Source of the DNA: Eledone cirrhosa
Taxonomy: Eukaryota
Reading direction: 5' to 3'
Assembly (NCBI GenBank): GCA_964016885.1
Contig: OZ024741.1
Span: 129,022,001 to 129,086,000, forward strand
DNA: 64,000 nucleotides
Shown here: positions 12,301-24,730 of the stretch, piece after piece
Layout: every line of letters starts with the position of its first letter
Numbering within the stretch: the stretch's first letter is position 1
Notes under the pieces: model-generated
The model's input: the letters and a program-made list of their open reading frames with translations, nothing else
What the model was told of the DNA's origin: nothing
Database searches by the model: none
Position numbers and translations under genes: made by a program

Positions 12301-15300
12301 TTGTGGACAGTGGAGGGTGTGTGACCACCTTGTGGACAGTGGAGGGTGTGTGACCACCTTGTAGGCAGTGGACGGTGTGTGACTACCTTGTGGACAGTGG
12401 AGGGTGTGTGACCACCCTGTGGACAGTGGAGGGTGTGTGACTACCCTGTGGACAGTGGAGGGTGTGTGACCACCTTGTGGACAGTGGAGGGTGTGTGACC
12501 ACCTTGTGGAGGGTGTGTGACCACCTTGTGGACAGTGGAGGGTGTGACCACCTTGTGGACAGTGGAGGGTGTGACCACCTTGTGGACAGTGGAGGGTGTG
12601 TGACCACCTTATGGACAGTGGAGGGTGTGTGACTACCTTGTGGACAGTGGGTGTGTGACCACCTTGTGGACAGTGGAGGGTGTGTGACCACCTTGTGGAC
12701 AGTGGAGGGTGTGACCACCTTGTGGACAGTGGAGGGTGTGTGACCACCTTGTGGACAGTGGAGTGTGTGGCCACTTTGTGGGCAGTGGAGGGTGTGTGGC
12801 CACCTTGTGGGCAGTGGAGGGTGTGTGGCCACCTTGTGGGCAGTGGAGTGTGTGTGACCACCTTGTGGGCAGTGGAGGGTGTGTGACCACCTTGTAGGCA
12901 GTGGACGGTGTGTGACCATCTTGTGGGAAGTGGACGGTGTGTGGCCACCTTGTGGGCAGTGGACGGTGTGTGGCCACCTTGTGGGCAGTGGACGGTGTGT
13001 GGCCACCTTGTGGACAGTGGAGTGTGTGACCACCTTGTGGACAGTGGAGTGTGTGACTACCTTGTGGACAGTGGAGTGTGTGACTACCTTGTGGACAGTG
13101 GAGGGTGTGTGACTACCTTGTGGACAGTGGAGGGTGTGTGACCACCTTGTGGAGTGTGTGACCACCTTGTGGACAGTGGAGTGTGTGACCACCTTGTGGA
13201 CAGTGGAGTGTGTGACCACCTTGTGGACAGTGGAGTGTGTGACCACCTTGTGGACAGTGGAGGATGTGTAACTACCTTGTGGACAGTGGAGTGTGTGACC
13301 ACCTTGTGGACAGTGGAGTGTGTGACAACCTTGTGGACAGTGGAGGGTGTGTGACCACCTTGTGGACAGTGGAGTGTGTGACCACCTTGTGGACAGTGGA
13401 GGGTGTGTGACCACCTTGTGGACAGTGGAGGGTGTGTGACCACCTTGTGGACAGTGGAGTGTGTGACCACCTTGTGGACAGTGGAGTGTGTGACCACCTT
13501 GTGGACAGTGGAGTGTGTGACCACCTTGTGGACAGTGGAGTGTGTGACCACCTTGTGGACAGTGGAGGATGTGTGACTACCTTGTGGACAGTGGAGTGTG
13601 TGACCACCTTGTGGACAGTGGAGTGTGTGACCACCTTGTGGACAGTGGAGTGTGTGACTACCTTGTGGGCAGTGGAGTGTGTGTGACCACCTTGTGGACA
13701 GTGGAGGGTGTGTGACCACCTTGTGGGCAGTGGAGTGTGTGACTACCTTGTGGACAGTGGAGGGTGTGTGACCACCTTGTGGACAGTGGAGGATGTGTGA
13801 CCACCTTGTGGACAGTGGAGGGTGTGTGACTACCTTGTGGACAGTGGAGGGTGTGTGACCACCTTGTGGGCAGTGGAGTGTGTGACCACCTTGTGGACAG
13901 TGGAGGATGTGTGACTACCTTGTGGACAGTGGAGTATGTGACCACCTTGTGGACAGTGGAGTGTGTGACCACCTTGTGGACAGTGGAGTGTGTGACTACC
14001 TTGTGGGCAGTGGAGTGTGTGTGACCACCTTGTGGACAGTGGAGGGTGTGTGACCACCTTGTGGGCAGTGGAGTGTGTGACTACCTTGTGGACAGTGGAG
14101 GGTGTGTGACCACCTTGTGGACAGTGGAGGATGTGTGACCACCTTGTGGACAGTGGAGTGTGTGACTACCTTGTGGACAGTGGAGTGTGTGACCACCTTG
14201 TGGACAGTGGAGGGTGTGTGACTACCTTGTGGACAGTGGAGGGTGTGTGACCACCTTGTGGACAGTGGAGGGTGTGTGACCACCTTGTGGACAGTGGAGG
14301 GTGTGTGACCACCTTGTGGACAGTGGAGTGTGTGACCACCTTGTGGACAGTGGAGTGTGTGACCACCTTGTGGACAGTGGAGTGTGTGACCACCTTGTGG
14401 ACAGTGGAGGATGTGTGACTACCTTGTGGACAGTGGAGTGTGTGACTACCTTGTGGACAGTGGAGTGTGTGACCACCTTGTGGACAGTGGAGGGTGTGTG
14501 ACCACCTTGTGGTCAGTGGAGTGTGTGACCACCTTGTGGACAGTGGAGTGTGTGACTACCTTGTGGACAGTGGAGTGTGTGACCACCTTGTGGACAGTGG
14601 AGGGTGTGTGACCACCTTGTGGACAGTGGAGTGTGTGACCACCTTGTGGACAGTGGAGTGTGTGACTACCTTGTGGACAGTGGAGGGTGTGTGACTACCT
14701 TGTGGACAGTGGAGGATGTGTGACTACCTTGTGGACAGTGGAGGGTGTGTGACCACCTTGTGGACAGTGGAGTGTGTGACCACCTTGTGGACAGTGGAGT
14801 GTGTGACCACCTTGTGGACAGTGGAGTGTGTGACCACCTTGTGGACAGTGGAGGATGTGTGACTACCTTGTGGACAGTGGAGGGTGTGACCACCTTGTGG
14901 ACAGTGGAGGGTGTGTGACTACCTTGTGGACAGTGGAGTGTGTGACCACCTTGTGGACAGTGGAGTGTGTGACCACCTTGTGGGCAGTGGAGGATGTGTG
15001 ACTACCTTGTGGACAGTGGAGTGTGTGACCACCTTGTGGACAGTGGAGGGTGTGACCACCTTGTGGACAGTGGAGGATGTGTGACTACCTTGTGGACAGT
15101 GGAGTGTGTGACCACCTTGTGGACAGTGGAGGGTGTGTGACTACCTTGTGGACAGTGGAGGGTGTGTGACCACCTTGTGGACAGTGGAGGGTGTGTGGCC
15201 ACCTTGTGGACAGTGGAGGGTGTGTGACCACCTTGTGGGCAGTGGACGGTGTGTGACCACCTTGTGGGCAGTGGAGGGTGTGTGACCACCTTGTGGGCAG

Positions 15301-17255
15301 TGGAGGGTGTGTGGCCACCTTGTGGACAGTGGAGGGTGTGTGACCACCTTGTGGACAGTGGAGGGTGTGTGGCCACCTTGTGGGCAGTGGAGGGTGTGTG
15401 GCCACCTTGTGGGCAGTGGAGGGTGTGTGACCACCTTGTAGGCAGTGGACGGTGTGTGACCACCTTGTGGACAGTGGAGGGTGTGTGACCACTTTGTGGA
15501 CAGTGGAGTGTGTGTGACCACCTTGTGGACAGTGGAGGGTGTGTGACTACCTTGTGGACAGTGGAGTGTGTGACCACCTTGTGGACAGTGGAGTGTGTGA
15601 CCACCTTGTGGACAGTGGAGTGTGTGACCACCTTGTGGACAGTGGAGGGTGTGTGACCACCTTGTGGACAGTGGAGTGTGTGTGACCACCTTGTGGGCAG
15701 TGGACGGTGTGTGACCACCTTGTGGACAGTGGAGGGTGTGACCACCTTGTGGACAGTGGAGGGTGTGTGACCACCTTGTGGTCAGTGGAGTGTGTGTGAC
15801 CACCTTGTGGACAGTGGAGGGTGTGACTACCTTGTGGACAGTGGAGGGTGTGTGACCACCTTGTGGACAGTGGAGTGTGTGTGACCACCTTGTGGGCAGT
15901 GGACGGTGTGTGACCACCTTGTGGACAGTGGAGGGTGTGACCACCTTGTGGACAGTGGAGGGTGTGTGACCACCTTGTGGACAGTGGAGGGTGTGTGACC
16001 ACCTTGTGGACAGTGGAGGGTGTGTGACCACCTTGTAGGCAGTGGACGGTGTGTGACTACCTTGTGGACAGTGGAGGGTGTGTGACCACCTTGTGGACAG
16101 TGGAGTGTGTGACCACCTTGTGGACAGTGGAGTGTGTGACCACCTTGTGGACAGTGGAGGGTGTGTGACTACCTTGTGGACAGTGGAGGGTGTGTGACCA
16201 CCTTGTGGACAGTGGAGTGTGTGTGACCACCTTGTGGAGGGTGTGTGACCACCTTGTGGACAGTGGAGGGTGTGACCACCTTGTGGACAGTGGAGGGTGT
16301 GACCACCTTGTGGACAGTGGAGGGTGTGTGACCACCTTATGGACAGTGGAGGGTGTGTGACCACCTTGTGGACAGTGGAGGGTGTGTGACCACCTTGTGG
16401 ACAGTGGAGGGTGTGTGACCACCTTGTGGACAGTGGAGGGTGTGACCACCTTGTGGACAGTGGAGGGTGTGTGACCACCTTGTGGACAGTGGAGTGTGTG
16501 GCCACTTTGTGGGCAGTGGAGGGTGTGTGGCCACCTTGTGGGCAGTGGAGGGTGTGTGGCCACCTTGTGGGCAGTGGAGTGTGTGTGACCACCTTGTAGG
16601 CAGTGGACGGTGTGTGACCACCTTGTAGGCAGTGGACGGTGTGTGACCATCTTGTGGGAAGTGGACGGTGTGTGGCCACCTTGTGGGCAGTGGACGGTGT
16701 GTGGCCACCTTGTGGGCAGTGGACGGTGTGTGGCCACCTTGTGGACAGTGGAGTGTGTGACCACCTTGTGGACAGTGGAGTGTGTGACCACCTTGTGGAC
16801 AGTGGAGTGTGTGACTACCTTGTGGGCAGTGGAGGATGTGTGACTACCTTGTGGACAGTGGAGGATGTGTGACTACCTTGTGGACAGTGGAGGATGTGTG
16901 ACCACCTTGTGGACAGTGGAGGGTGTGTGGCCACTTTGTGGGCAGTGGAGGGTGTGTGGCCACCTTGTGGGCAGTGGAGGGTGTGTGGCCACCTTGTGGG
17001 CAGTGGAGGGTGTGTGGCCACCTTGTGGGCAGTGGAGGGTGTGTGACCACCTTGTGGGCAGTGGAGGGTGTGTGACCACCTTGTGGGCAGTGGAGGGTGT
17101 TTGATTCCTTTGTGGACAGCAAAGTGTGTGTGACCACCTTGTGGGCAGTGGAGGGTGTGTGACCACCTTGTGGACAGTGGAGTGTGTGGCCACTTTGTGG
17201 GCAGTGGAGGGTGTGTGACCACCTTGTGGGCAGTGGACAGTGTGTGACCAGCTTG
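9364..17255. repeat. 7.9-kb minisatellite, 25-29-bp unit gtgtgaccaccttgtggacagtggag(gg), roughly 280 units
   Basis: Continuous tandem array with degenerate edges. It explains all HSTVHKVVT/CPQGGH ORFs. Confidence 0.98.
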
Positions 17256-17974
17256 TGTTGAAATGTTAGTAGTAGGATGATGGTGAATATATTTACTGCA
17301 ATATCTATCAAACTAATACACTGGTAATTACTGCAACATCACCTATTATTGAAGAAAGGGAGATTAATCCAATATTGTGAAGGAAATCTTGTCTCAGATG
17401 TGTGTGATCATACATTGCTGCCAGAGGGCCAAGATTAATAATAGGGCCAGCTAAAGATGTGAAATGTAAACTCCATTTCAACTGATAATAGTCCTAGGCC
17501 AGATGTAAAATGTAGGGTCTGTTTCGAACCACAATTTTAAAGGTTAGAGGATAGGACTCACAATCGTGAGGTTGCAAGTTTGATTCCAGGACCAGGCGGT
17601 GCATTATGTCCGCTTTATTTCATGTTGCCCTTTCTGCCAAGAGTTGTGACCGATAAATAGTATCAATAATGGAAAGACCAATGGAAACAGTTTCTTGGTC
17701 CAATTTGACGAGTTTCACCCACTCTCTTGTTGATTGATTAAAAAAAAAAGTATTTGTGCTCTGACTTAAAATCCCACTGAAGTTGGCTTTGTGTTTCATC
17801 CTTTTGTGGTTAAGTAAAGTACCAGTTCAGGATAGCATTAAGCTGAATTGTTAGAGAACCTTATGATGCTATCTGTTCTGGCATTTTGCATTCTAATTCT
17901 GCCTCATGTCACTAGAAAAATCATGACATAAGGCTGGTGTCTCCTATAATTAAAACGCTTAAGAAACCTACTGT

Positions 17975-18560
17975 GTGGTGCAGCCTCATAGAATCCATCT
18001 AAACATACATAAACATGAGCCTTAACAATATCACTTCTCTGACCTCTTGTGTGATGTAGCTTTATAGAAACCATCTAAACATACATAAGCTTGAGCCTTA
18101 ACAATGTCACTTCCCTGACCTCTTGTGTGATGTAGCCTCATAGAAACCATCTAAACCTACATAAGCTTGAGCCTTAACAATATCACTTCCCTGACCTCTT
18201 GTGTGATGTAGCCTTATAGAAACCATCTAAACCTACATAAGCTTGAGCCTTAACAATATCACTTCCCTGACCTCTTGTGTGATGTAGCCTCATAGAAACC
18301 ATCTAAACCTACATAAGCTTGAGCCTTAACAATATCACTTCCCTGACCTCTTGTGTGATGTAGCCTCATAGAAACCATCTAAACCTACATAAGCTTCAGC
18401 CTTAACAATATCACTTCCCTGACCTCTTGTGTGATGTAGCCTTATAGAAACCATCTAAACATACATAAGCTTGAGCCTTAACAATATCACTTCCCTGACC
18501 TCTTGTGTGATGTAGCCTCATAGAAACCATCTAAACCTACATAAGCTTCAGCCTTAACAA
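17975..18560. repeat. 76-bp tandem repeat, ~7.7 copies
   Basis: tagaa(a)ccatctaaac at 17989, 18065, 18141, 18217, 18293, 18369, 18445, 18521. Confidence 0.95.
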
Positions 18561-19528
18561 CAACAACATCTGTGCATCTACTAAGTTCTTTCTTGGGATA
18601 ATATAAAAAGGAAGAAGGGTGGAAGATGCTATTAAGATAAATGAGATAAGATATAAATTGCAATAGGATGTTTGCTCTCTTATTTGTTTGAGGAACAATA
18701 TATTCCAGATTTATACATATAAGTCCCTCATTTAGTACCTACCATTCTTTAAATGTTTCCCATAAATAAATACTTACTTTCTGAATTTATTTTCTACTAT
18801 ACTATCAATTTTTTGTTGAACTTGAGCAAAAATACTTGGCTCCATGAACATTGATATTTGCATATTAAATTGACATTTGTGCACACACACACTTCTTGTG
18901 TTTGACTTTATATGCTGGCATGGGATGGATTTAAAATTTCGAGCAGTGGTTTACAACTGGAAGCTTTTCGCAATGCCAACTCTTTTAGTCACCTATTACA
19001 GCAAAGGATATGGTGCATTTATATTGGTATCTAATTATATACTAGTATATATATATATATTTATAGGTATGTATTGAGTGAGCCATGGTCCCTTAACCCA
19101 TGCCAGTATGGAAAAAATAGATGAAAAAATATATCATCATCATCATTGTTTAGCATGTGTTTTCCCTGCTAGCATGGGTTGAATGATCAGTACTCAAGCA
19201 GAGCCTCTGATCTCAAGGTGAGCTGGGAGTGCCTGACATGAAGTCTTGCATTCTACTTTGTGCATTTTATCATGGCACCAGCACTAGGGAAGTTGTCGTG
19301 TCTTTGGTGTAGTTGAAAAGTTTTTCTGACCCTTTGTTTGGTAGGTTTTCTTCAGCTGGTTGCGTTTCCTATCAACGATCACTTTACCGAGTGTACTGAG
19401 TGATCGTTTGATGTGTAGATCACCAACACTAGGGAGGTTGTGAATAATGAAAAAGTGAAAATTATATGGTGCCTGTGATATTTATTGGCAATATTGCTAA
19501 CATGACCATCCCCAAATATTACAATATG

Positions 19529-19941
19529 TACAAGAGTGCTTCAGAAAGTTCGTGGAAAAAGGACAGTTGCACAAAACGGTTTATTTTTCAATATATGCCA
19601 GCCTTTATAAGTTCATCTGTTTAAAACTGAGGGCCATGCGATTTAAACCATGTCAAAACAGCTTTTTTACACCTTCAGCCTCATCTCTTCCACTTCTAAA
19701 GTGACATCCATTTGTAGGTTGCCCCATAAACTTGCTCCAGAGTGTCAATGAATTTTATGTCTTGATGGAGACCATGTTGCTTGAGTGGGTCCTGACTTAC
19801 GACTGGCGCCATCATGTTGCAACATGCATTTAAGGGTTCATGTTAGAACACGTTAGTATGAGAACATTCAGGTGCATTGAGATCAAAATTCCTGCATAGG
19901 ATTTTTAGCTATGTACTTTTTCCACAAACTTTTTGATGCCC

Positions 19942-19945
<4 letters not shown>
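19529..19945. mobile_element. Tc1/mariner-type MITE
   Basis: Diverged TIRs: tacaagagtgcttcagaaagttcgtggaaaaa / ttttttccacaaactttttgatgccccctc. Confidence 0.55.
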
Positions 19946-20010
<65 letters not shown>

Positions 20011-20469
20011 CACACACACACACGTAGATGTGAAGGTACATGGCCAAATGGTTAAGGTGTTAGTCTTATGATCATTAAGGGAGTAGTTTTGATTCCTGGA
20101 ACAGGCAACACCTAGTATTCTTTAGCATGATGCTTCATTTCATGTTGCTTTTCATAATAAAATTGAGGCTCTTATTAAAACACCCAAGATACCTCCTATG
20201 AGATGCAACTTTGTAGGAGGCCAGCTAGGGGGGTGAACAGTAACAACATACATCCACATCCATGTGTGTTAGTGTGTGTGTGTGTGTGTCCATCTCTCTC
20301 TGAATATATATATATGTATATATATATATTTGTTTTACACACACACACACACATCAGACATCACACATTGGTATTCAGTTTATCTTCTGGAACAATAAAA
20401 TATTATTGAAAGGTGTTTAGAGGGAAAACTTCACATCTGGTTAGTATTATTCCTTAATTAGGAGTAGAT

Positions 20470-21740
20470 TGATGTTATGATAATGATGATGGATATAATA
20501 ATGGCGGTGATGGTGACTTTGATAGTATTATTAGCAGAATAATAATGATTATTATTATTAGTAGCAGTAGTAGTCGTTGGCATGGGTGTGGGAGGGGAGT
20601 TTCGTAGTAGTAGTAGTAGTGATCTTTAGCAGCTAGTGGGGTGGGAGGGGGTTGGATGGGACGGGTCTGGGCATGTAATGTCTTTGTGATGGTTGTGGAG
20701 GCTTTGCGATGTTGTTGCAGGAGGGTGTTTTATGTTAGTGTTGGGAGGGGTTAGGGGTGTGCACGGTAGATGGTGTAAGGGGTAGGTTGGTGGGTTGGTT
20801 GGTAAACATGGTGGTAGTGCCAGTGCTGTTAACCCCCTTCCTGCTACCACTACTGCCACCACTATCACCTCCACCACTGCTGCCACCACCCACCATACCA
20901 CCACCACCACCACCATTGTTGATGTTGATGCAGGAAGGTGTTTATGTTAGTATTGGGAGTTGAAGGGTGGGGGGACATATCCATGGCGCGCGCGTGTGTG
21001 GTGAGGATGCGACCCCAGTTGTGGTATTGTGGTGGTGCTATGTTGTTTTGGTTCCCATTATACCCGAGTGACTACTACTGCTGTTGTTACCACTACCAAC
21101 ACCACTACTACTGCCACGACTACTACTGCTGCTACCACCACCACTACTACTACTGCTACCACCACCACTACTACTACTGCTACTTGCTGAGGGGGCTGGG
21201 TGATGGTAGTGGTTATGTGAAACATTTGTTACAAAAACATTGACCCCCCCCCCCCCCTCGAGGGAGGTGGAGGTGGGTGCACAGGCAATAGGGGTGGGTT
21301 ATGATATCTGGACCGAATGGGTGGGGGGCTGAAAGGATAATTAAAACAACTAGCTGAGGAAGAGGTGGTGGTGGTGGTGGAAGTGCTGATGGGAGTGGTG
21401 GTAGTGGTGATGATTGTGGTATTGCTGCTGGATATGATAGTGGTGGTGGTGTTGATGGTGGGAGTAATGGTTGTAGGGGTGATGCTTGTGATGGTGGTGC
21501 TGGTGATGATGTTTGTAGAGCTGGTAGTGGCAATGGTTGTTGTGGTGGTGGTGATATTGGTGGAGGTAGTAGTGGTTGGGCAGCTGTTGCTGGAGGTGGT
21601 GCTTGGTGGGTCAATCAATGAAGATGAGCCATGTAAGCAAAATATGGGATGTTCTTGAGGGGTAGGCGTTGGGGTGTGAGTGGGGTGAGGGTTGAGTATT
21701 TGGATAGGTTTATGGCGGAGCTGGTTGGCTAGTTGGTTGG
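20470..21740. repeat. Low-complexity trinucleotide mosaic (GGT/GAT/TAC/CAC)
   Basis: Degenerate trinucleotide runs that generate poly-V/T/P/H ORFs. Confidence 0.85.
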
Positions 21741-21789
21741 TTGTTGTTTAACCCTAGGTAACCCCGATTCAGTTGACATACATCATATG

Positions 21790-22065
21790 ATGGCTTGGCT
21801 TTGCGAACGAAGACTAAGAAGGGGGTGGTCCACTTTGACTGCAGGCTCGCTTGTGGTTGTCAAGGCCAATGTAGGCAGGAAGGCATGGCTGTAGCTGAAG
21901 GTCTGGTCAGGGTTTGATGACATGGTGTTTCAGTTCTTCCTCTTGTGCCTTTTGTCATTGAGGGTGTTCTTGTGGTTGTTTTCGAAGGAGGGGACAGCAT
22001 GGTTGATTGATGGTGAGATACACGCATCACGGTCCTCAGCTATGGTGGACCACCGGCCATGGTAG
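21790..22065 (-). mobile_element. 3' end of a second RTE-type LINE family (C-terminal CCHC-like region)
   Basis: Minus strand WSTIAEDRDA... and IGLDNHKRAC, a typical RTE C-terminal zinc-knuckle remnant. Confidence 0.5.
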
Positions 22066-22389
22066 ATGTGACAGGCACCGAGGGATTTTTTTCAAACAGT
22101 CCTAGTACACATACATCATATTATCAAAATCATTCCAGCCATAATCATCTTATTTTTTTCTATGTACATGGAGGGAATCTCAGCCAACATTTTCCAAGAT
22201 GTCTGTTTTGTTTTCAGAGATATGCAGAGTATGATTTGAGAGAGATTTGGCTACTATTTCTAACATATTCATAAACCACATAGATTTAGAGGTTCCCTCA
22301 TTGGTTGGGAGATGAATGCTTTTAGAGCAGTGTGTTTCTGTATGGTAGAGGATTGCCAAACTGTGTGTGTGTATATATATATATATATA

Positions 22390-23477
22390 TCTAAACTATA
22401 ATAAAGCAAGGGCTGCGGGACTCCGTACGCTTTATTTCTTTTAATCCAGTTAGTAAAATAAGTTGGATTACTTTGAATAAATAATGAATGAATATTACAT
22501 AATTTATGTGCTAAATTTCGTAAATAAATAATCTAAAATTGACTTCTTTTCAAAGTTGTACTTCCGGTATATCATCGCCGCCACCACCACCACCACTTCA
22601 ACTACCATATATATAGAAAGAGAGAGTGTGTGATGAGAGAGATAGAGAGATTATGATTTTCTACACACTGATGCATATGAGTGTGCACATACACACATCT
22701 TTCTGTATGAGTATATAACTATAATCGCGCAAACACAAACTTATAAAAATACACACTCACGGACATAATTCACACAAATACACATACTTTCACACAAACA
22801 TACATACATTCACACATACTTTTACACAAACACACAGTCATGATAGCGTTCAGTTTAATTGGAAATGGGAGGGTAAAACAAGTATTATTAACTCTTTTTT
22901 TAAAAAACCCATTTAATATAACTAGCAGAAAAACGACCTTTCGGGTGGTTTTCTGCTAGCATGTGTAGTGTGTATATTGATATTATACGCAATTATGTAT
23001 GCATGTAGATATGATACATCAAATAAAACCGTAATTGACAATATAAACAGAAATTGAAAGAAGACTGCGTTACACTGTCTTATGTAATCAGTAATGTATA
23101 ATCAGTAATGTAATCCATGATACATTAAAAAATGATATTATATATCTGCTAGCATGTGTAGTGTATATATTGATATTATACGCAAGTATATATGCATGTA
23201 GATATGATCCAATAAAATCGTAATTGACAACATACACAGATATGAATATTTATTTAAACGATCGCTAACCGGAAGTGTTGACATTTGAAAATTTTAAAGA
23301 AGTGAATCTTCAAATAAGTAATAAAATATATTTAATGAACAGCCACGAAATTTAGTAGATAAATTATGTAATATTCATTCATTATTGATTTAAAGTAATC
23401 CAACTTATTTTACTAAGGGGGATAAAAAATTGTAAACCGTACACAGTCCCGCGCTTCTAACTTTATTATAGTTTAGA
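22390..23477. mobile_element. Two inverted non-autonomous Helitron-like units around a CTAG-bounded palindrome
   Basis: TCTAAACTATAATAAAG starts at 22390(+) and 23477(-), with ~130 bp diverged inverted arms. Central ctagcagaaaaac...gtttttctgctag at 22922-22959. Confidence 0.6.
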
Positions 23478-23562
23478 TTAAGCACTGTTGTATGTCCATT
23501 GATTAGATATATATATAAATGTAATAGCATATAAATTATGTCTGATGCAGACACACACACAG

Positions 23563-23593
<31 letters not shown>

Positions 23594-23774
23594 ATACACA
23601 CACACATACACACACATACATACCACACCACACACAAATCGTCTTCCGAAGTTAGTGAAGCTATTATTAATCCTCCCCAGGTGAAGTAACTTGCAAATTC
23701 TTCGTAATAATACATCTAACGGACACACAGACACACACAAATATATCTATTCATACATAGACATATATATATAG

Positions 23775-23918
23775 GCGAAGTCTGGTCTGAAGTGTGCATG
23801 CGATAAGCCTGGTCTGAAGTGTGCATGCGATAAGTCTGGTCCGAGGTGCGCATGCGCGAAGGCTGGTCCGAGGTGCGCATGTGCAAAGACTGGTCCGTGC
23901 TGCACATGCGCGAAGGCT
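23775..23918. repeat. 27-bp tandem repeat (ctggtcygargtgygcatgcgvwaagn), ~5 copies
   Basis: ctggtc recurs every 27 bp. Confidence 0.85.
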
Positions 23919-24290
23919 TGTATATAAAATGTGTGTGTGTGTATATTTGTATGCATGCAAAAGGCAAACAAATAACAAAGCAAATGACACAGTACAATGA
24001 AGAAATATATTATTAATTTTACGCTTGATATAGTTGGAAAAGAGTCTTAATGGTTTGGATGCTAGACCTTCATCAGAAAATAGAAAGAAGAAATAGAACA
24101 AGTGAGGAGATGAATAAATTGGGTATGGGACCTATTATTCAGAATTAATTAACTATTTGCATGTGCTTCTCTGGAGATGAAATAACCTTTCTTTTTTAAA
24201 AAAATCCCTTCAAAAAACCTTTTCAATTTCTTTACTTTATTGACTATAGATTCTTGTATTTCTATGGGACTTGCATCCTCCAAATCCTGA

Positions 24291-24358
24291 ATTAATGTCC
24301 TGATGAAGTTTTAGTATTACCTGGTAATATTGAAGTTGAAACGCACGTAGACATTAAT
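24291..24358 (+). ncRNA. Type I hammerhead ribozyme (Penelope/retrozyme-type)
   Basis: Stem I attaatgtc/gacattaat (9 bp), core CTGATGA 24300-24306, 14-bp stem II (4 G-U pairs) 24307-24337, GAAA 24338-24341, short stem III ac-gcac-gt, GUA cleavage triplet. Confidence 0.8.
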
Positions 24359-24394
24359 AAAATGATTTCAAGTACCCTTCTGTGGATGTCAATT

Positions 24395-24730
24395 GATGGC
24401 TTAGTGGTTGGAGCATTGGCCTTGCAATCGAAAGGTTGTGAGTTCAATTCTCAGACCGGGTGATGTGTTGTTTCCTTGAACAAGACACTTTATTTCACAT
24501 TGCTCCAGTTTACTCAGCTGTAGAAATGAGATGATAGGGACTGGGGTCCATATCATTCCACTGCAAAGTGGTCGTGGAGGTGCCACGGCAAAAAAGCACC
24601 CAGCACTCACTGTAAATGAGGTTGGTGTTAGGAAGGGCATCCAGCTGTAGAAATAAAGCCAGAATCAGTTCCCGTCCCACCCTTGCAAGCAGGGAAAAGC
24701 GGACATAAAATGAAATGATGATGATGATGA
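24395..24730 (+). mobile_element. tRNA-headed SINE with RTE-derived 3' tail
   Basis: tggcttagtggttgg (A box), gagttcaattct (B box), ttaggaagggcatccagctg, tail cccacccttgcaagcagggaaaagcggac...(gat)n shared with the RTE LINE ends. Confidence 0.85.

Noticed and set aside
9364-17255. CRISPR-like array or His/Cys-rich repeat protein (ORFs up to 512 aa)
   Set aside because: Units are contiguous with no unique spacers, and there are no cas genes. ORFs appear in all frames on both strands because the unit lacks stops.
17975-18560. Retrozyme-like tandem hammerhead (gtgatgta...gaaacc)
   Set aside because: No CUGANGA core and no consistent stems I/II
20626-21658. Mucin-, extensin- or poly-Val ORFs
   Set aside because: Translations of degenerate trinucleotide repeats, open in multiple frames, with no splice context
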